From positions 32,001 through 96,000 of the forward strand of contig CAVPLU010000013.1 in the NCBI GenBank assembly GCA_963706285.1: a DNA stretch of 64,000 bases. The letters are read 5' to 3'. The translations under genes were made by a program, and so were the position numbers. The notes below the pieces were generated by a model that saw only the letters and a program-made list of their open reading frames with translations, did not search any database and was not told where the DNA came from. Below are positions 1 through 10,309 of this stretch, piece by piece. Positions within the stretch are counted from its first letter, which is position 1, and each line of letters opens with the position of its first letter. The DNA is from Candidatus Bathyarchaeota archaeon. Lineage in GTDB: Archaea > Thermoproteota > Bathyarchaeia > 40CM-2-53-6.

Positions 1-173
1 CTTGTGCAGACCAGGCGATGAGCGTAGTCAGAGACACATCAAGTAATCAACCTGCTGGCGATAGGGTCTGCACAAGAGGCGCAGGTCTCTATACAGCGCA
101 TATTATAGGCCGCTCAAGGCAATTCGCGTTGAGCATTCTATTGCAGCAAGCGTCGAGAAAACAGAAAAGTGAA

Positions 174-1160
174 CTACATTGGCACTTCGATAAAGAGCCT
201 CTCAAGAAGCTCCTTGTAGCGATTTCGAATTGTCACTTCCGTGACGTTAGCGATTTCGGCAATCTCACGTTGCGTCTTACGTTCGTTCGTCAAGACCGCA
301 GCGATATACGTTGCCGCAGCGGCAATTCCGGTGGGACCCCTGCCACTTGTCAATTTCATTCGTGTCGCTGTTTCGAGGATTCTAATCGCCATCGCCTCAG
401 CCTTTCCCGAAATAATCAACTTGTTGCTGAAACGGGCGGCGTAATGCCGACTTGTTGATGGAGGAACAAATGTTTCGAGCTCTCGAACCATGAATCGGTA
501 GCTTCTGCCTATGTCTTTCTTGCTAAGGCTACTTGCACTCGCAATCTCATCTAAAGTTCTCGGAACACCGCACTGGCGACAGCTCATGTAGATCGCCGCT
601 GCGGTCACATTGTGGATTGATCTTCCTCTGATCAACCTCTTCTTTATCGCGCGTCTGTAGATGACCGAAGCAGTCTCGAGAAGGTTCTTTGGAAGGTTAA
701 GTGAAGAAGCGAGCTTGCTCAATTCGGAGAGCGCAACAGCCAAGTTACGCTCTGTTGCGTCCGAGACGCGCACTCTTCTCTGCCACTTGCGAAGCTTGTA
801 CATGTCGAGGCGCTCATTCGCCGTCATCTGGCGACCGCTTCCTCTGCGATCACGCCAGTCGATCACCGTTGACAGGCCTTTGTCGTGAATCGTGTACGTC
901 AACGGAGCGCCGGTGCGTGCTCTCTTAGCTTTCTGCTCCTCGTCAAATGCACGCCATTCTGGTCTGCTGTCGGACAGTTTCTCATCAATGACGCACCCAC
1001 AGGTGACGCAGACTATTTCTGCGGCTTCGTCGTCGCGCATCAATTTCGATCCGCCGCATTCTGGGCAGACTCTGACTTTCGGTTGTGATTGTTCGGATTC
1101 GCCTAGATCTGTTTGTGTTTTTTCCACCATCTCTCCACCATTATCAGTCTTCAAGCGCAT
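174..1160 (-). CDS. tfb: Transcription initiation factor IIB
   Basis: Zn ribbon CPECG...CVTCG, PEWRAF B-reader, two cyclin repeats, C-terminal VTEVTIRNRYKEL; real start may be ~1130. Confidence 0.97.
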   Translation of the reverse strand: MRLKTDNGGEMVEKTQTDLGESEQSQPKVRVCPECGGSKLMRDDEAAEIVCVTCGCVIDEKLSDSRPEWRAFDEEQKAKRARTGAPLTYTIHDKGLSTVIDWRDRRGSGRQMTANERLDMYKLRKWQRRVRVSDATERNLAVALSELSKLASSLNLPKNLLETASVIYRRAIKKRLIRGRSIHNVTAAAIYMSCRQCGVPRTLDEIASASSLSKKDIGRSYRFMVRELETFVPPSTSRHYAARFSNKLIISGKAEAMAIRILETATRMKLTSGRGPTGIAAAATYIAAVLTNERKTQREIAEIANVTEVTIRNRYKELLERLFIEVPM

Positions 1161-1377
1161 ATACTGTTCGTCCGACGACCGATTCTGGCTTCGTGATCGT
1201 TGGCCTCACGGAGACGTAGGGACCTGTAACCGGTCCCAAAATGTCCATCACGACACCAACGCTCTTCAACTTGCTATCACAGGCTCTTATGCCTGCTCTG
1301 ACAAACTTCGGAGCATCAAGCTTCACGATGAGGGCATGGCTCTTTGACACATGAAGGACCTTGCCCAGTTTCCTCAA
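1144..1377 (-). CDS. gar1: H/ACA RNP subunit Gar1/Naf1
   Basis: LGKVLHVS...VGVVMDILGPVTGPYVSVRP motif; usual gar1-tfb order; TTG start at 1377 preferred over 1413. Confidence 0.9.
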   Translation of the reverse strand: MRKLGKVLHVSKSHALIVKLDAPKFVRAGIRACDSKLKSVGVVMDILGPVTGPYVSVRPTITKPESVVGRTVYALED

Positions 1378-1790
1378 ATCTTCGCCGTCACTTCCGCGAA
1401 GGCACGTCTGCAACGACGTTACATCTTATATAAACGTCTCGTCTCGCTTGAAATCAACAACACCCACACCTTGTTAATGTTTTTTCCATTGTCTGAAACG
1501 GGAATTCTGCACAACGCTCATCGAAGCAAGGCCAACAACGAACCCGCATAAGTCTTCGCCGATAGCACATTATGATAGCGAGCCTCAGCGATCAGTCATG
1601 AAGAACGATTCGCCAGGATCTGAATCATAGATGAGGAATTCTATGCGGACCCCCTCAATGTGCAATTGAAATGTCTTCAGACCCGCCCTTTCTGGGACTG
1701 AGCCACGTGTCGTGTCCGATGAGCTTGATGGAACCCCGAAACTTTTTACCGAACTGAAGGGTTCGCTACCCGACCCGGAAGATCCCATGG

Positions 1791-3767
1791 ATGATCAAAG
1801 GCATAGCTCTGGCGAATTTCATGTCGTACGAAAACGCGTACGTCCCCCTAGAGTCAGGGCTGAACTTGATTTGCGGACCTAATGGAGCAGGAAAATCCTC
1901 TATACTCCTTGCAATATCAGTAGTGCTGGGTCAAACCTACACGGAACGTGCTCGCCGGCTAAGCGATTTGATAAGATGGCACGCCGACGAGGCACGGATC
2001 ACCCTTCAGCTCGACAATCGCCCTAGAGAAGGAGGCAAACCATTTTCTCAGTACCATGTCGACACGGTCAGCGTAACACGAATCCTGAGGCGAAACGGCA
2101 GCTATCAGTACCTAGTTCAGGGCCATCCAGTGACGAAAAATGAAGTCACGAGCGCCCTTACACGTTATGGGTTGAACCCCGACAACATCCTCGTCATCAT
2201 GCACCAGATGATGGTTGGCAGGTTTGCTACCATCTCTCCGATAGAGAAGCTCAAGATGCTTGAAGAGGCAGTTGGATTCCAATCCTACCGATCTAACGTC
2301 CTCGAGGCACAGGAACGTCTGACGAAGGTTGCAGGAGAAGAAGAGTCTCTTGCTCAAGTGTTGGAGTCCACAAAGGAGACCCACGAGTACTGGCGAAGAG
2401 AACACGAACGATTCCTCATGAAGAAGACATTGGACAGCAAACTAGGTGAACTGAAGAGAGAGATGGCTTGGGCGCGAATTCAGAAGCGAGAGGAAGCGCT
2501 GCTCCGTATCCAAGATAAGATAGAGTCGCGTACCAGAATGATTGCAAACGCTGACCAGAAGCTCCTCGAGGCAGATGAATCTCTCAAGCGGCGCCAAGAG
2601 AGATATGACAAGCATCTGAAAGATAGATTCGAGCTGTATGAGAAGTATCTTGAACTAGTTCGTCACGACGCCACCGCGGCATCTACTCTACAATGGCTGC
2701 AGAGATTCTCAGAAGAGACTCGGAAACGTCTCCTCCAGGCCGCGAATGACCAGAACACTGACCAGTCAGACGTGCAGATTGATCGCCCCGGTCAAGCCAT
2801 AGGGATACCACCTGCAATGATGGAGTGGCTCGATGACTTGGGTCGAATCCAAAGCGATACAAAAGAGGAGCTCGGTCGGACTCGTGAAAGGCTTCAATCA
2901 GAGGAGACCGCACTTCATGACATTGACGTGCGTGTTGAGGTTGAACTTGCTCGGCTGATAGACGCGAAGGTCGATACTCAAGTTCTTGGCTTCAAGAAGA
3001 AACTTCTCAACGAAGATCTTGCAGACCTCGAAACCCAACGAAGGATGCTGAAGGAAGAGATCGAGCCGCTTCAATCAAATGCTGGACAGATGGGTTCACG
3101 ATTCGAGAATCCTAGAAAGATCACTGACATAATGATGGATATCGGTGCTGCTGAGGAACAGCTTCGACCGCTTGCTCATCTCTCCGAGGACGTGGAGAAG
3201 ATGTACAGCTCGTACGCCACTATGTACGAGGACCTCCGCGGGAAAACGGAACAGCTAACGCGTAATAGGCAGGAGGTCATCGCAGAGGTCGAGAAACGAC
3301 TTGAACGATGGAGAAACGTCGTATCGACATTCCTCGATTCCCTTGAAACCCGCTATAATGAGATACTCCAAGAAGTCGGAGCGACTGGCGAACTGAAGCT
3401 CAGCGTCGGAAAGAAAGTAGACCAAGCGGGACTTGACATCATGGTAGGATTCAAGGGTGCGCCACCCACTCGACTCGACTCCTTAACCCAAAGCGGAGGC
3501 GAGAGAAGCATCGCACTCATGGCTTTCCTGCTCGGATTGCAGCAGCATATTGCCTCTCCCTTTAGGGCCATTGACGAGTTTGACGTTCACCTAGATCCGA
3601 AGAATAGAGAGGTCATCTCCAAACTCATTGTCGCTAGCGCAAGCGAGTTGGGAGAAACACAATACCTCGCCATAACTCCTGGACAGGTGAATGTTACTGA
3701 CACCAATGTTCACGTGGTCGTGATTCAGAACATCGAAGGGAGTTCCATTGTCTCGCAGGTGAAGTAG
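1791..3767 (+). CDS. Short SMC-family ATPase, SMC5/6-like (ClsN/arcadin-4-related)
   Basis: NFMSY, Walker A GPNGAGKSS, Q-loop, coiled coil, signature QSGGERS, Walker B PFRAIDEFDVHLD; 658 aa, no CxxC hook. Confidence 0.9.
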   Translation: MIKGIALANFMSYENAYVPLESGLNLICGPNGAGKSSILLAISVVLGQTYTERARRLSDLIRWHADEARITLQLDNRPREGGKPFSQYHVDTVSVTRILRRNGSYQYLVQGHPVTKNEVTSALTRYGLNPDNILVIMHQMMVGRFATISPIEKLKMLEEAVGFQSYRSNVLEAQERLTKVAGEEESLAQVLESTKETHEYWRREHERFLMKKTLDSKLGELKREMAWARIQKREEALLRIQDKIESRTRMIANADQKLLEADESLKRRQERYDKHLKDRFELYEKYLELVRHDATAASTLQWLQRFSEETRKRLLQAANDQNTDQSDVQIDRPGQAIGIPPAMMEWLDDLGRIQSDTKEELGRTRERLQSEETALHDIDVRVEVELARLIDAKVDTQVLGFKKKLLNEDLADLETQRRMLKEEIEPLQSNAGQMGSRFENPRKITDIMMDIGAAEEQLRPLAHLSEDVEKMYSSYATMYEDLRGKTEQLTRNRQEVIAEVEKRLERWRNVVSTFLDSLETRYNEILQEVGATGELKLSVGKKVDQAGLDIMVGFKGAPPTRLDSLTQSGGERSIALMAFLLGLQQHIASPFRAIDEFDVHLDPKNREVISKLIVASASELGETQYLAITPGQVNVTDTNVHVVVIQNIEGSSIVSQVK

Positions 3768-3803
3768 ACGACATCCTCCGACCAGAAATCGGAACGAGTC
3801 AGA

Positions 3804-4604
3804 TTGCCATCCGGAAGAAAGGATCTTCGTGAACTGATCCAGACATGTGAAGCCATTAGAGAGCGAAAGTTCAACCCGTTCTTCTTGGACGTTGGCCTGG
3901 CAGTTGACACACTCCGCAAGTATTTTCCATTCTGGGACTCTCTAGATGATAACTGCTTAGATGCCGAGACGATCAGGGATTTGGCGGAGGTCCTTGGCCT
4001 TCAGAAGAGTCAGCTCCGATATCAGTCGAGCGCACTCTACACGAGTCCTGAGATGTTGGAGAAGAAGTTACGTTCGCTGTCCACTAAGCGGCTGGGCGAG
4101 ATCTTTCTGAAATCTTGGCATCCGATCGTAGAGAGAGAGCAGCTTACACTCGACGCCATTCGTGAAGGGCTGTTCTACTGGAATCAGCTACTCTCTTATG
4201 AGGAGAGACGGAAGAGACTCGCCCTAGGAAGAGCAATTCCGCCGAAAACGGCCGACACTGACTCGCTTGTCAAGTCCGGTATTCTGACCCGTGAGGAATT
4301 CGCGAGAAACCTCCGAGGGTTATGGGAAGAACTTCGTGCACAGACTAACGACATTAGCCCTATTGATTACTGGTCGTTCGTTCGACGCGACACGTACCAA
4401 GAAACCGTTCACCGAGCATACTATGTGAGTTTTCTTCTAACCTATGGCTTCGCCCGAATGCTACGGGACACCAAGGAAATCAAGCTAATGTCTGTTGCTA
4501 CGCCAACTGAGAGGACTGCCGCTGGATTGGTGAGTTTCCCTATTGCAATATCCAAGGGAGAGAACATTCAGGCATCATCAAGATCGCTCCGTGGAAATGG
4601 GTGA
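3804..4604 (+). CDS. Putative kleisin (ScpA/Nse4-like) partner of the SMC
   Basis: Directly after the SMC gene; helical N-terminus and winged-helix-like C-terminus (YWSFV...TVHRAYYVSFLLTYG); assignment is inference. Confidence 0.5.
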   Translation: MPSGRKDLRELIQTCEAIRERKFNPFFLDVGLAVDTLRKYFPFWDSLDDNCLDAETIRDLAEVLGLQKSQLRYQSSALYTSPEMLEKKLRSLSTKRLGEIFLKSWHPIVEREQLTLDAIREGLFYWNQLLSYEERRKRLALGRAIPPKTADTDSLVKSGILTREEFARNLRGLWEELRAQTNDISPIDYWSFVRRDTYQETVHRAYYVSFLLTYGFARMLRDTKEIKLMSVATPTERTAAGLVSFPIAISKGENIQASSRSLRGNG

Positions 4605-4610
4605 GGTACA

Positions 4611-5192
4611 ATGGAACAAACCGGCGATGAAAAGCGCTTCTACAGTGACAAGTTGAAGCACGCAATTCACCTTTTGCTGTTCAAACGAGGTAAGATGCCA
4701 GGAGCTAAGGAATGGGAATTGAAAGCCAGCATTGGCAAGAACTACAAAGAAGTTCTCAAGCAGGTCGATGCTCTTTTGGCTGAGCTTGATCTCGAAGTCA
4801 AGCGCGTCGAGCCTGAACACTCACAGACGCGGCAACTGGGGGAAACCACGCTTGCAGAGTATGAGGAGGACGCCCGATACTTAGTCACTCTGAGAGGAAC
4901 ACTCACGCCCAAAGAAGCGCGGCTCTCTGGATGGCGAATCGACAACCTCGCTGCATTAACCGTCGCAATCGCGTATGTCGTGACCAAACAGGGCAAGGCT
5001 CCGCGCGAAGAGGTGGAGAAGCTCATTGCAGAGAAGGCTGGAAGATGGAAGACGCTTACGCTTCTTGACGCCTTCATTCGAAACGGGTATTTGAAGGAGG
5101 ATGAAGTGGGATCTTTGTCCCTCGGTTGGCGCACAAATTCTGAAGTGAACCTTAGAGACCTAATGACCTTCCTTGCGGAAACGGGGCGCTAG
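4611..5192 (+). CDS. Putative KITE (tandem winged-helix; ScpB/Nse1/Nse3-like) subunit
   Basis: Third gene of the operon; size fits two wHTH domains; C-terminal GYL...LSLGWRTNSEV resembles the KITE/MAGE xGxR..E motif. Confidence 0.55.
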   Translation: MEQTGDEKRFYSDKLKHAIHLLLFKRGKMPGAKEWELKASIGKNYKEVLKQVDALLAELDLEVKRVEPEHSQTRQLGETTLAEYEEDARYLVTLRGTLTPKEARLSGWRIDNLAALTVAIAYVVTKQGKAPREEVEKLIAEKAGRWKTLTLLDAFIRNGYLKEDEVGSLSLGWRTNSEVNLRDLMTFLAETGR

Positions 5193-6307
5193 GACTTTTT
5201 TTCAGATTCAAGCGATTTCTTAAGTTCGCTGACGAACATGTTTGCATACTTCTTCGTCTTTATCAGCCGACCGTACTGGTGTTTGCGTATGCTCTCGGAG
5301 GTTTTCTTCAGTTCATCTTGCTGTGCGTAGTGATCGTGGACTTTACTGCGACTCAGGACCGTGAGGACTTTCCCAACATAGAACCCATCGAGGTCCTGGC
5401 CTTTGCACATGGGGCACGTGCAGGTGAGCTTTTTGCCATGAAGCCCGGTCCATTCTTTTCGCTTGAAAACGCCCCAACCTGACTTGTCGAAGACGTTGAT
5501 CTTGTCCTTTGTGAGAGGAACTGGTGGCGGAGGCACTACCCACCTTGAGTAGCTGTCCACTCCGAAGTACGGCATAAGCATGCCCTGAGAGCTCGAAAGC
5601 ATGTGTCGTGCAAACCTGATCTTTGGAGGAATCTGGAAAGCGTGAATCCAAGCATCTGGGTTCTTCTTCTTGATCTTCTCTACGGCTCTGAGAGTGTAGT
5701 AGTGGAAGCCGCCCCTCATGTCCACTCCCAGCAGACGAACCTTACTCTTGATTGCTGGCGCAGAGAAGAGCTCAAACTCCCGTTGAGTCTCCGTTGCTCG
5801 AATTACTGGCATTATCGGCTTGTCGATCCCCCTCTGATCCATCCATCTCCGTGCAAACTTCAGTAGCGAAGCGAAATCCTCCGGGCTCATGCTAGAGGTC
5901 TGCTGGACCGTAATGACGTCCACATCTGCAAAGTATTGGAGGTCGAGCAATGTCCTCAGATCTTCTGCTTCAGTATAGGATGCTTCCCCTTTGAAGACGA
6001 GAAATAGCAGTCTGGCGACATCCTCGAATCCTCCTGCCTCGCGCGATAACCGGCGTGCGAAGTTCCGCAGAGAATCATCTTCTTTCAGGAGTTTATTTAG
6101 CGAGTCCGGATACATGAGCTTGGCAGAGACGACGACATCTCCGGGAAGCGTATCTTTTGCGCCTACTACGCGTGTCGCGTTCAGCTCAGTTGTTGTGGCA
6201 AACTTGTTGGGCAGTGCAGCCGAGACTTTGCCGATTCGTAAGATTCCAGCGTTGGCTGAAGTCTCTTCGTCTCTCGCTTGATCTTGAATGGATATCTCAA
6301 CCATCAA
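5189..6307 (-). CDS. tRNA-guanine transglycosylase (TGT)-fold protein
   Basis: TIM-barrel-like pattern, WIHAF, GVDSYS, Zn site CTCPMC...VHDH; no DSGG catalytic motif seen. Confidence 0.65.
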   Translation of the reverse strand: MMVEISIQDQARDEETSANAGILRIGKVSAALPNKFATTTELNATRVVGAKDTLPGDVVVSAKLMYPDSLNKLLKEDDSLRNFARRLSREAGGFEDVARLLFLVFKGEASYTEAEDLRTLLDLQYFADVDVITVQQTSSMSPEDFASLLKFARRWMDQRGIDKPIMPVIRATETQREFELFSAPAIKSKVRLLGVDMRGGFHYYTLRAVEKIKKKNPDAWIHAFQIPPKIRFARHMLSSSQGMLMPYFGVDSYSRWVVPPPPVPLTKDKINVFDKSGWGVFKRKEWTGLHGKKLTCTCPMCKGQDLDGFYVGKVLTVLSRSKVHDHYAQQDELKKTSESIRKHQYGRLIKTKKYANMFVSELKKSLESEKKS

Positions 6308-6608
6308 AGTTCACCTGCCGGCTATGTCCCATGTTTGAGTCAACTGGAGCTTAAGTAGGCTCTCCTTCCTTCTCGGAGCACCAAATGGATTCCAAGTTCT
6401 TACTTGCCTGTTGTTTTCACCGGAGTAACTGTGGAATCTCAACGTGCGGGCGATGACTAGTCATTTGTTGCCTGGAAACGACACTATCCTTCCCTCCAAT
6501 ATCGTCACGTCAGGCAACTTTCTGAGGATTCTCGTCCGAGTCGTGGGCTCTTGAAACGCTTATCTATGCGCATAGAGCTACGAGCAAAACCTCTCACTAC
6601 TTCAACTG

Positions 6609-6983
6609 GTGGAATTGATGAGCGAAGGAAACGAACTTACGCCTCAAGTTCAAGAAGAGCTGGTCAGGCTACAACAACTACAACAGACACTTCAGGCCGT
6701 GGCCTCCCAGAAGCAACAGCTAGAGATGGACATGTCAGAGACTGACAGAGCCCTAGCCGAACTTGAGAAAATCACCGGCGAAACCCCCGTGTACAAGAGC
6801 GTCGGGAACATCCTGATCAAAGCACACAAAGATGAATTGCTGACGGAGCTGAAGGAGAAGAAGGAACTGCTCAACACACGAGTAACCGTGCTAGGAAGAC
6901 AGGAAGAACGAACCCGCGAAAGACTCAAGGACATGCAGGAGAAACTGCAAGAGAAGCTACGAGCTCCCAAGTCTTCGCAATAG
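6609..6983 (+). CDS. pfdB: Prefoldin beta subunit
   Basis: QQLQQTLQ...ALAELEK...VYKSVGNILIK; likely ATG at 6618. Confidence 0.95.
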   Translation: MELMSEGNELTPQVQEELVRLQQLQQTLQAVASQKQQLEMDMSETDRALAELEKITGETPVYKSVGNILIKAHKDELLTELKEKKELLNTRVTVLGRQEERTRERLKDMQEKLQEKLRAPKSSQ

Positions 6984-7025
6984 TTTCTAAGCAACCATAA
7001 TCTCTCTTCCTAAGCGGGATCAAGC

Positions 7026-7328
7026 GTGGATATTGAACTCCGCAGAGCTCCTACTGACGAAGAGTTGGAGCTGATCTGCGCTGCGGCGGAAGAGACTGCT
7101 CGGAAATTCATATTGTCAAAAATCTCCCTGCAGAAAATGGAAGACTTGAATCTCTCAGTAGAAGCTCTCGGTGACAAGCCACTTTCCCTCACCGTTGAGG
7201 TTGGTGTAGAGACCGATTCTGAAGACCCCGAGCTTCGCACAATCATTGACAGCGCCGCAGATGCAGCACTTGCAGCTGCAGAGGCAAAAGTCCGGGAGCT
7301 GAACCTGTGCGAGGCTTCAAACAACTAA
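7026..7328 (+). CDS. DUF3194-like protein
   Basis: Acidic 100-aa protein in the usual pfdB-DUF3194-DHH context. Confidence 0.7.
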   Translation: MDIELRRAPTDEELELICAAAEETARKFILSKISLQKMEDLNLSVEALGDKPLSLTVEVGVETDSEDPELRTIIDSAADAALAAAEAKVRELNLCEASNN

Positions 7329-8311
7329 CGAAAACGGCCAAGGCCTCCAGGAAGATCCTGATAGTCGGCCATCAGAATGCCGACCCTGACGCCGTGTGCT
7401 CAGCATACCTCCTGTCCAGAGCACTAAAGCACATCAACAGACGACTCGAAATAACCGTCGTATCCCCCGATGGCGTAAGCAAGGTTTCTGCCCGAGTCTT
7501 AACGCAGCTATCCTTCGAAGTGGCAGATACCGCAAATCCGGATGATTTTGACGCCATCTTCACAGTTGACACGAACACGCTGCAACAACTGGGCAGTCTC
7601 CAGCAGCCTATCGAGAAGTTCGGTAAACCGCTCATTGTGATCGACCACCATGCTATTCACCCCGAGACAAGGACTCGTGCCGATGTCCTCATAGCAGATG
7701 ATGAAGCCACTTCTGCATGCGAGGTGGTGCTTGAAATATGCAAAGCGGCGAAGCTCCGACTGACGAAAAAGGACGCCCTCGCTGCCTTCCTCGGTCTCGC
7801 ATACGAGACGGGCCACTTCGCGATCGCAACAACAAGATCTCTGAAGCTGGCTTGCAGGCTTCTCGACCTTGGCGTCGATGGAACAGAGGCGCTGAAGATC
7901 ATTCGCGTTCCTATGGACAATTCGGAGCGAATTGCTCGATTGAAATGTGCTCGGCGCATGAATTGGGAGAGTATCGGCGGATGGCTCGTTGCATCTACCG
8001 TCGTAGGTTCATTTCACGCGTCCGTCGCACGCTCATTAATCGGTTTGGGCGCACATTTCGCCATCGTCGGTGGAGAAAAGAAGGATAGATTAACACTCAG
8101 TTTCCGTTCTACTGGCGAGTTCTTTGCCGGAACGAACTTCCACCTTGGCCGTGACCTTGCGACGATTCTAGGCGAAACAAACAACGGAGCTGGCGGAGGT
8201 CATTCCACAGCTGCTGGCGCAACGGTCCAAGGAAACTTGGATGAAGTGATCAAGAAATCTGTTGAACTATTCAGAACCTATCTCGAGAGAGGCAAGTCAC
8301 TGGTCGAATGA
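7307..8311 (+). CDS. DHH/DHHA1 phosphoesterase
   Basis: HQNADPDA, VDT, IDHH and GGGH motifs. Confidence 0.92.
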   Translation: MRGFKQLTKTAKASRKILIVGHQNADPDAVCSAYLLSRALKHINRRLEITVVSPDGVSKVSARVLTQLSFEVADTANPDDFDAIFTVDTNTLQQLGSLQQPIEKFGKPLIVIDHHAIHPETRTRADVLIADDEATSACEVVLEICKAAKLRLTKKDALAAFLGLAYETGHFAIATTRSLKLACRLLDLGVDGTEALKIIRVPMDNSERIARLKCARRMNWESIGGWLVASTVVGSFHASVARSLIGLGAHFAIVGGEKKDRLTLSFRSTGEFFAGTNFHLGRDLATILGETNNGAGGGHSTAAGATVQGNLDEVIKKSVELFRTYLERGKSLVE

Positions 8312-8431
8312 AAACCAATACGTGCGACTTGCGCCATAAGGCCGTGCGCACTTACTCTTCTTACTTGACGGGTCTAATTGCACCTATTCTGGCGTTTGTT
8401 TTCGAGTCATGTCGGCGCGGGATCCCATATC

Positions 8432-8638
8432 CTATGGGTCACCTGACAACTTCGCCACAAAAGGCATAGGAAAGCGACCGTTATCGTTTCTACTGAAGGT
8501 TCGACCGCACATCTTGCATTGGTTACGTTGTATCTTGTGCATTCTAGGTCGGGATGCTAGATAGTATCCGATTTTGATGGTTCTGCGTGACCTACAGTGA
8601 GGACATTTCGGGTTCAGTTTCAGTTTCTTAGCTTTCAT
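8432..8638 (-). CDS. Small Zn-ribbon protein, IS1 InsA-like
   Basis: CPHC...IKIG...QRNQCKMCGRTF. Confidence 0.55.
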   Translation of the reverse strand: MKAKKLKLNPKCPHCRSRRTIKIGYYLASRPRMHKIQRNQCKMCGRTFSRNDNGRFPMPFVAKLSGDP

Positions 8639-8950
8639 TCATCCACAAACCTTGTTCTCGCGGTGCGAATATGTCGTTGTCGGCACATAGTTTTGGGTTA
8701 CGTATTTGTTTTTCTCGTGTGTTACCTGACGACGCTGCCGCAGACTAGACTGAGGAAGCTGCTTTCATGCTCGCCCTTGAATCGAACAGCAGCTCAAGCC
8801 AAGGATGATGACAATTGATAGGCTGGCAAAGCAAGTCACGTGAGCCAGTACTATTCGACTTCAAGAAAAGCAGATAATGGTCGTGCAGATGGCAGTTCAA
8901 GCGTAGCTGCCAAAGTGTTTTATGGGGCTGAAGCGATTCCATAAGTTGAT

Positions 8951-9223
8951 GTGATATTGAGTTTTCTTCGTAGATCGAAAGTGATTCGAGTTGAGGCTCT
9001 TTCCTTGAAGCCGGGTCCGACGCAGAGTGGAGTTCCTGCTCACCCTCCGCCCGCCCAGCCGCCGGTGGGTGGGGAAATGTTTGCAGTGGATAAGCTCTCA
9101 GTGTTCATGTCCAACTACTGGTTGGCCGTCATCCTACTGTTGCTACTGCCGCTTGCTGTACTATTCTACAAGAAACGCGAGTTGGCGTTGAGGCTGTTCA
9201 AGCCTCTTCTACTCCGACTCTGA
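8951..9223 (+). CDS. Small membrane protein
   Basis: PVGGE motif followed by one TM helix and a basic tail. Confidence 0.5.
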   Translation: MILSFLRRSKVIRVEALSLKPGPTQSGVPAHPPPAQPPVGGEMFAVDKLSVFMSNYWLAVILLLLLPLAVLFYKKRELALRLFKPLLLRL

Positions 9224-9479
9224 TAGACGCTAGTATCGTATCCATTTCACATCTGGGCATCTTAGCTGGTCAAGCATCAAGCTCTCACGTCACGCAGGCA
9301 TCCCAAATACCCTAAGAACCCTCTAGAACAGCCTCCAAAAACGCGGGTTTGTTCTACTGGGGCACTGGTATTACTGATTTTGACAGGGTGGCTGGTCTGG
9401 TATTGCAAGCCTAGGGGTGTAGGTGGCTGCTTATGGGTTCTGCTAGGTATAACCTGCCCTGTTGTGAGACCATGATGCC

Positions 9480-9677
9480 GTGAAAATGCGTAATGGCTTT
9501 AAGACAAAGGAAGCTGTCGTGGGTCAGCGGAGATCGTCATTGTCATCTGCTTCTAGGACCTGTATTAATTGTAAGAGAGAAAACTCAGCCCAGAATAAGT
9601 ATTGTGACAAGTGTGGTTCGCCTCTGCAAATGGCGGGACAATGCGGGTGCGGATGCCACTCCGGCTCCTGTTGCTAA
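9480..9677 (+). CDS. Zn-ribbon protein with Cys-rich tail
   Basis: CxxC...YCxxCG plus terminal CGCGCHSGSCC. Confidence 0.6.
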   Translation: MKMRNGFKTKEAVVGQRRSSLSSASRTCINCKRENSAQNKYCDKCGSPLQMAGQCGCGCHSGSCC

Positions 9678-10309
9678 AGTTTCTTTGACGGGCAAAGGGG
9701 TAGGCCCCCTCAGGAAAGCTGGGCTTTGCGTTCTTTCTTCTTCTCGCGTGCTTTCGCCACCTTTCTATCTCTGCTAGCCGTCCACGCTTTCTTAGCTCCC
9801 CTACTTCTGCTTGGCATACATTGGTCACCTCTCAGATACAACATAGCACTAACACTCCAATAAGCAACTTTCGACAATGCGAGCCTGGGCTTCGAGTGAT
9901 AATAGTGGATCGCAGGTGCCTACCGTAGGTATCCTGTTGATGAGTGGGGTGGTATCCGTTAGATGCTACAACGATTTCTCCACAAGTGGTGCATCGGGCG
10001 ATCATTTCGCGTCTGCAGCGTTGGCACCATCTGTCGGTGCTCCCGTCGCGGCTTCCTTGATCCTGTGAACAACCTCACAGTCTTCACAGGTTGCCTTACC
10101 TTGTTCGGAACAGTCGCAGCCGTCGCGATCGTAGTCTGGAAAGAGACCAAACTGAGAACTGACAGATCTCCTATCACACAGGGGTAGTTGAGATTTACCC
10201 CAACAATGAAAGGCTATATGGCTCAGCCAGAATATGGCGCGCAACTCGGAAAATAATAGTTGCCCAGAAGCGTTACATTCATGATGGGGCGGCGTGAGGC
10301 TACAAGGGC

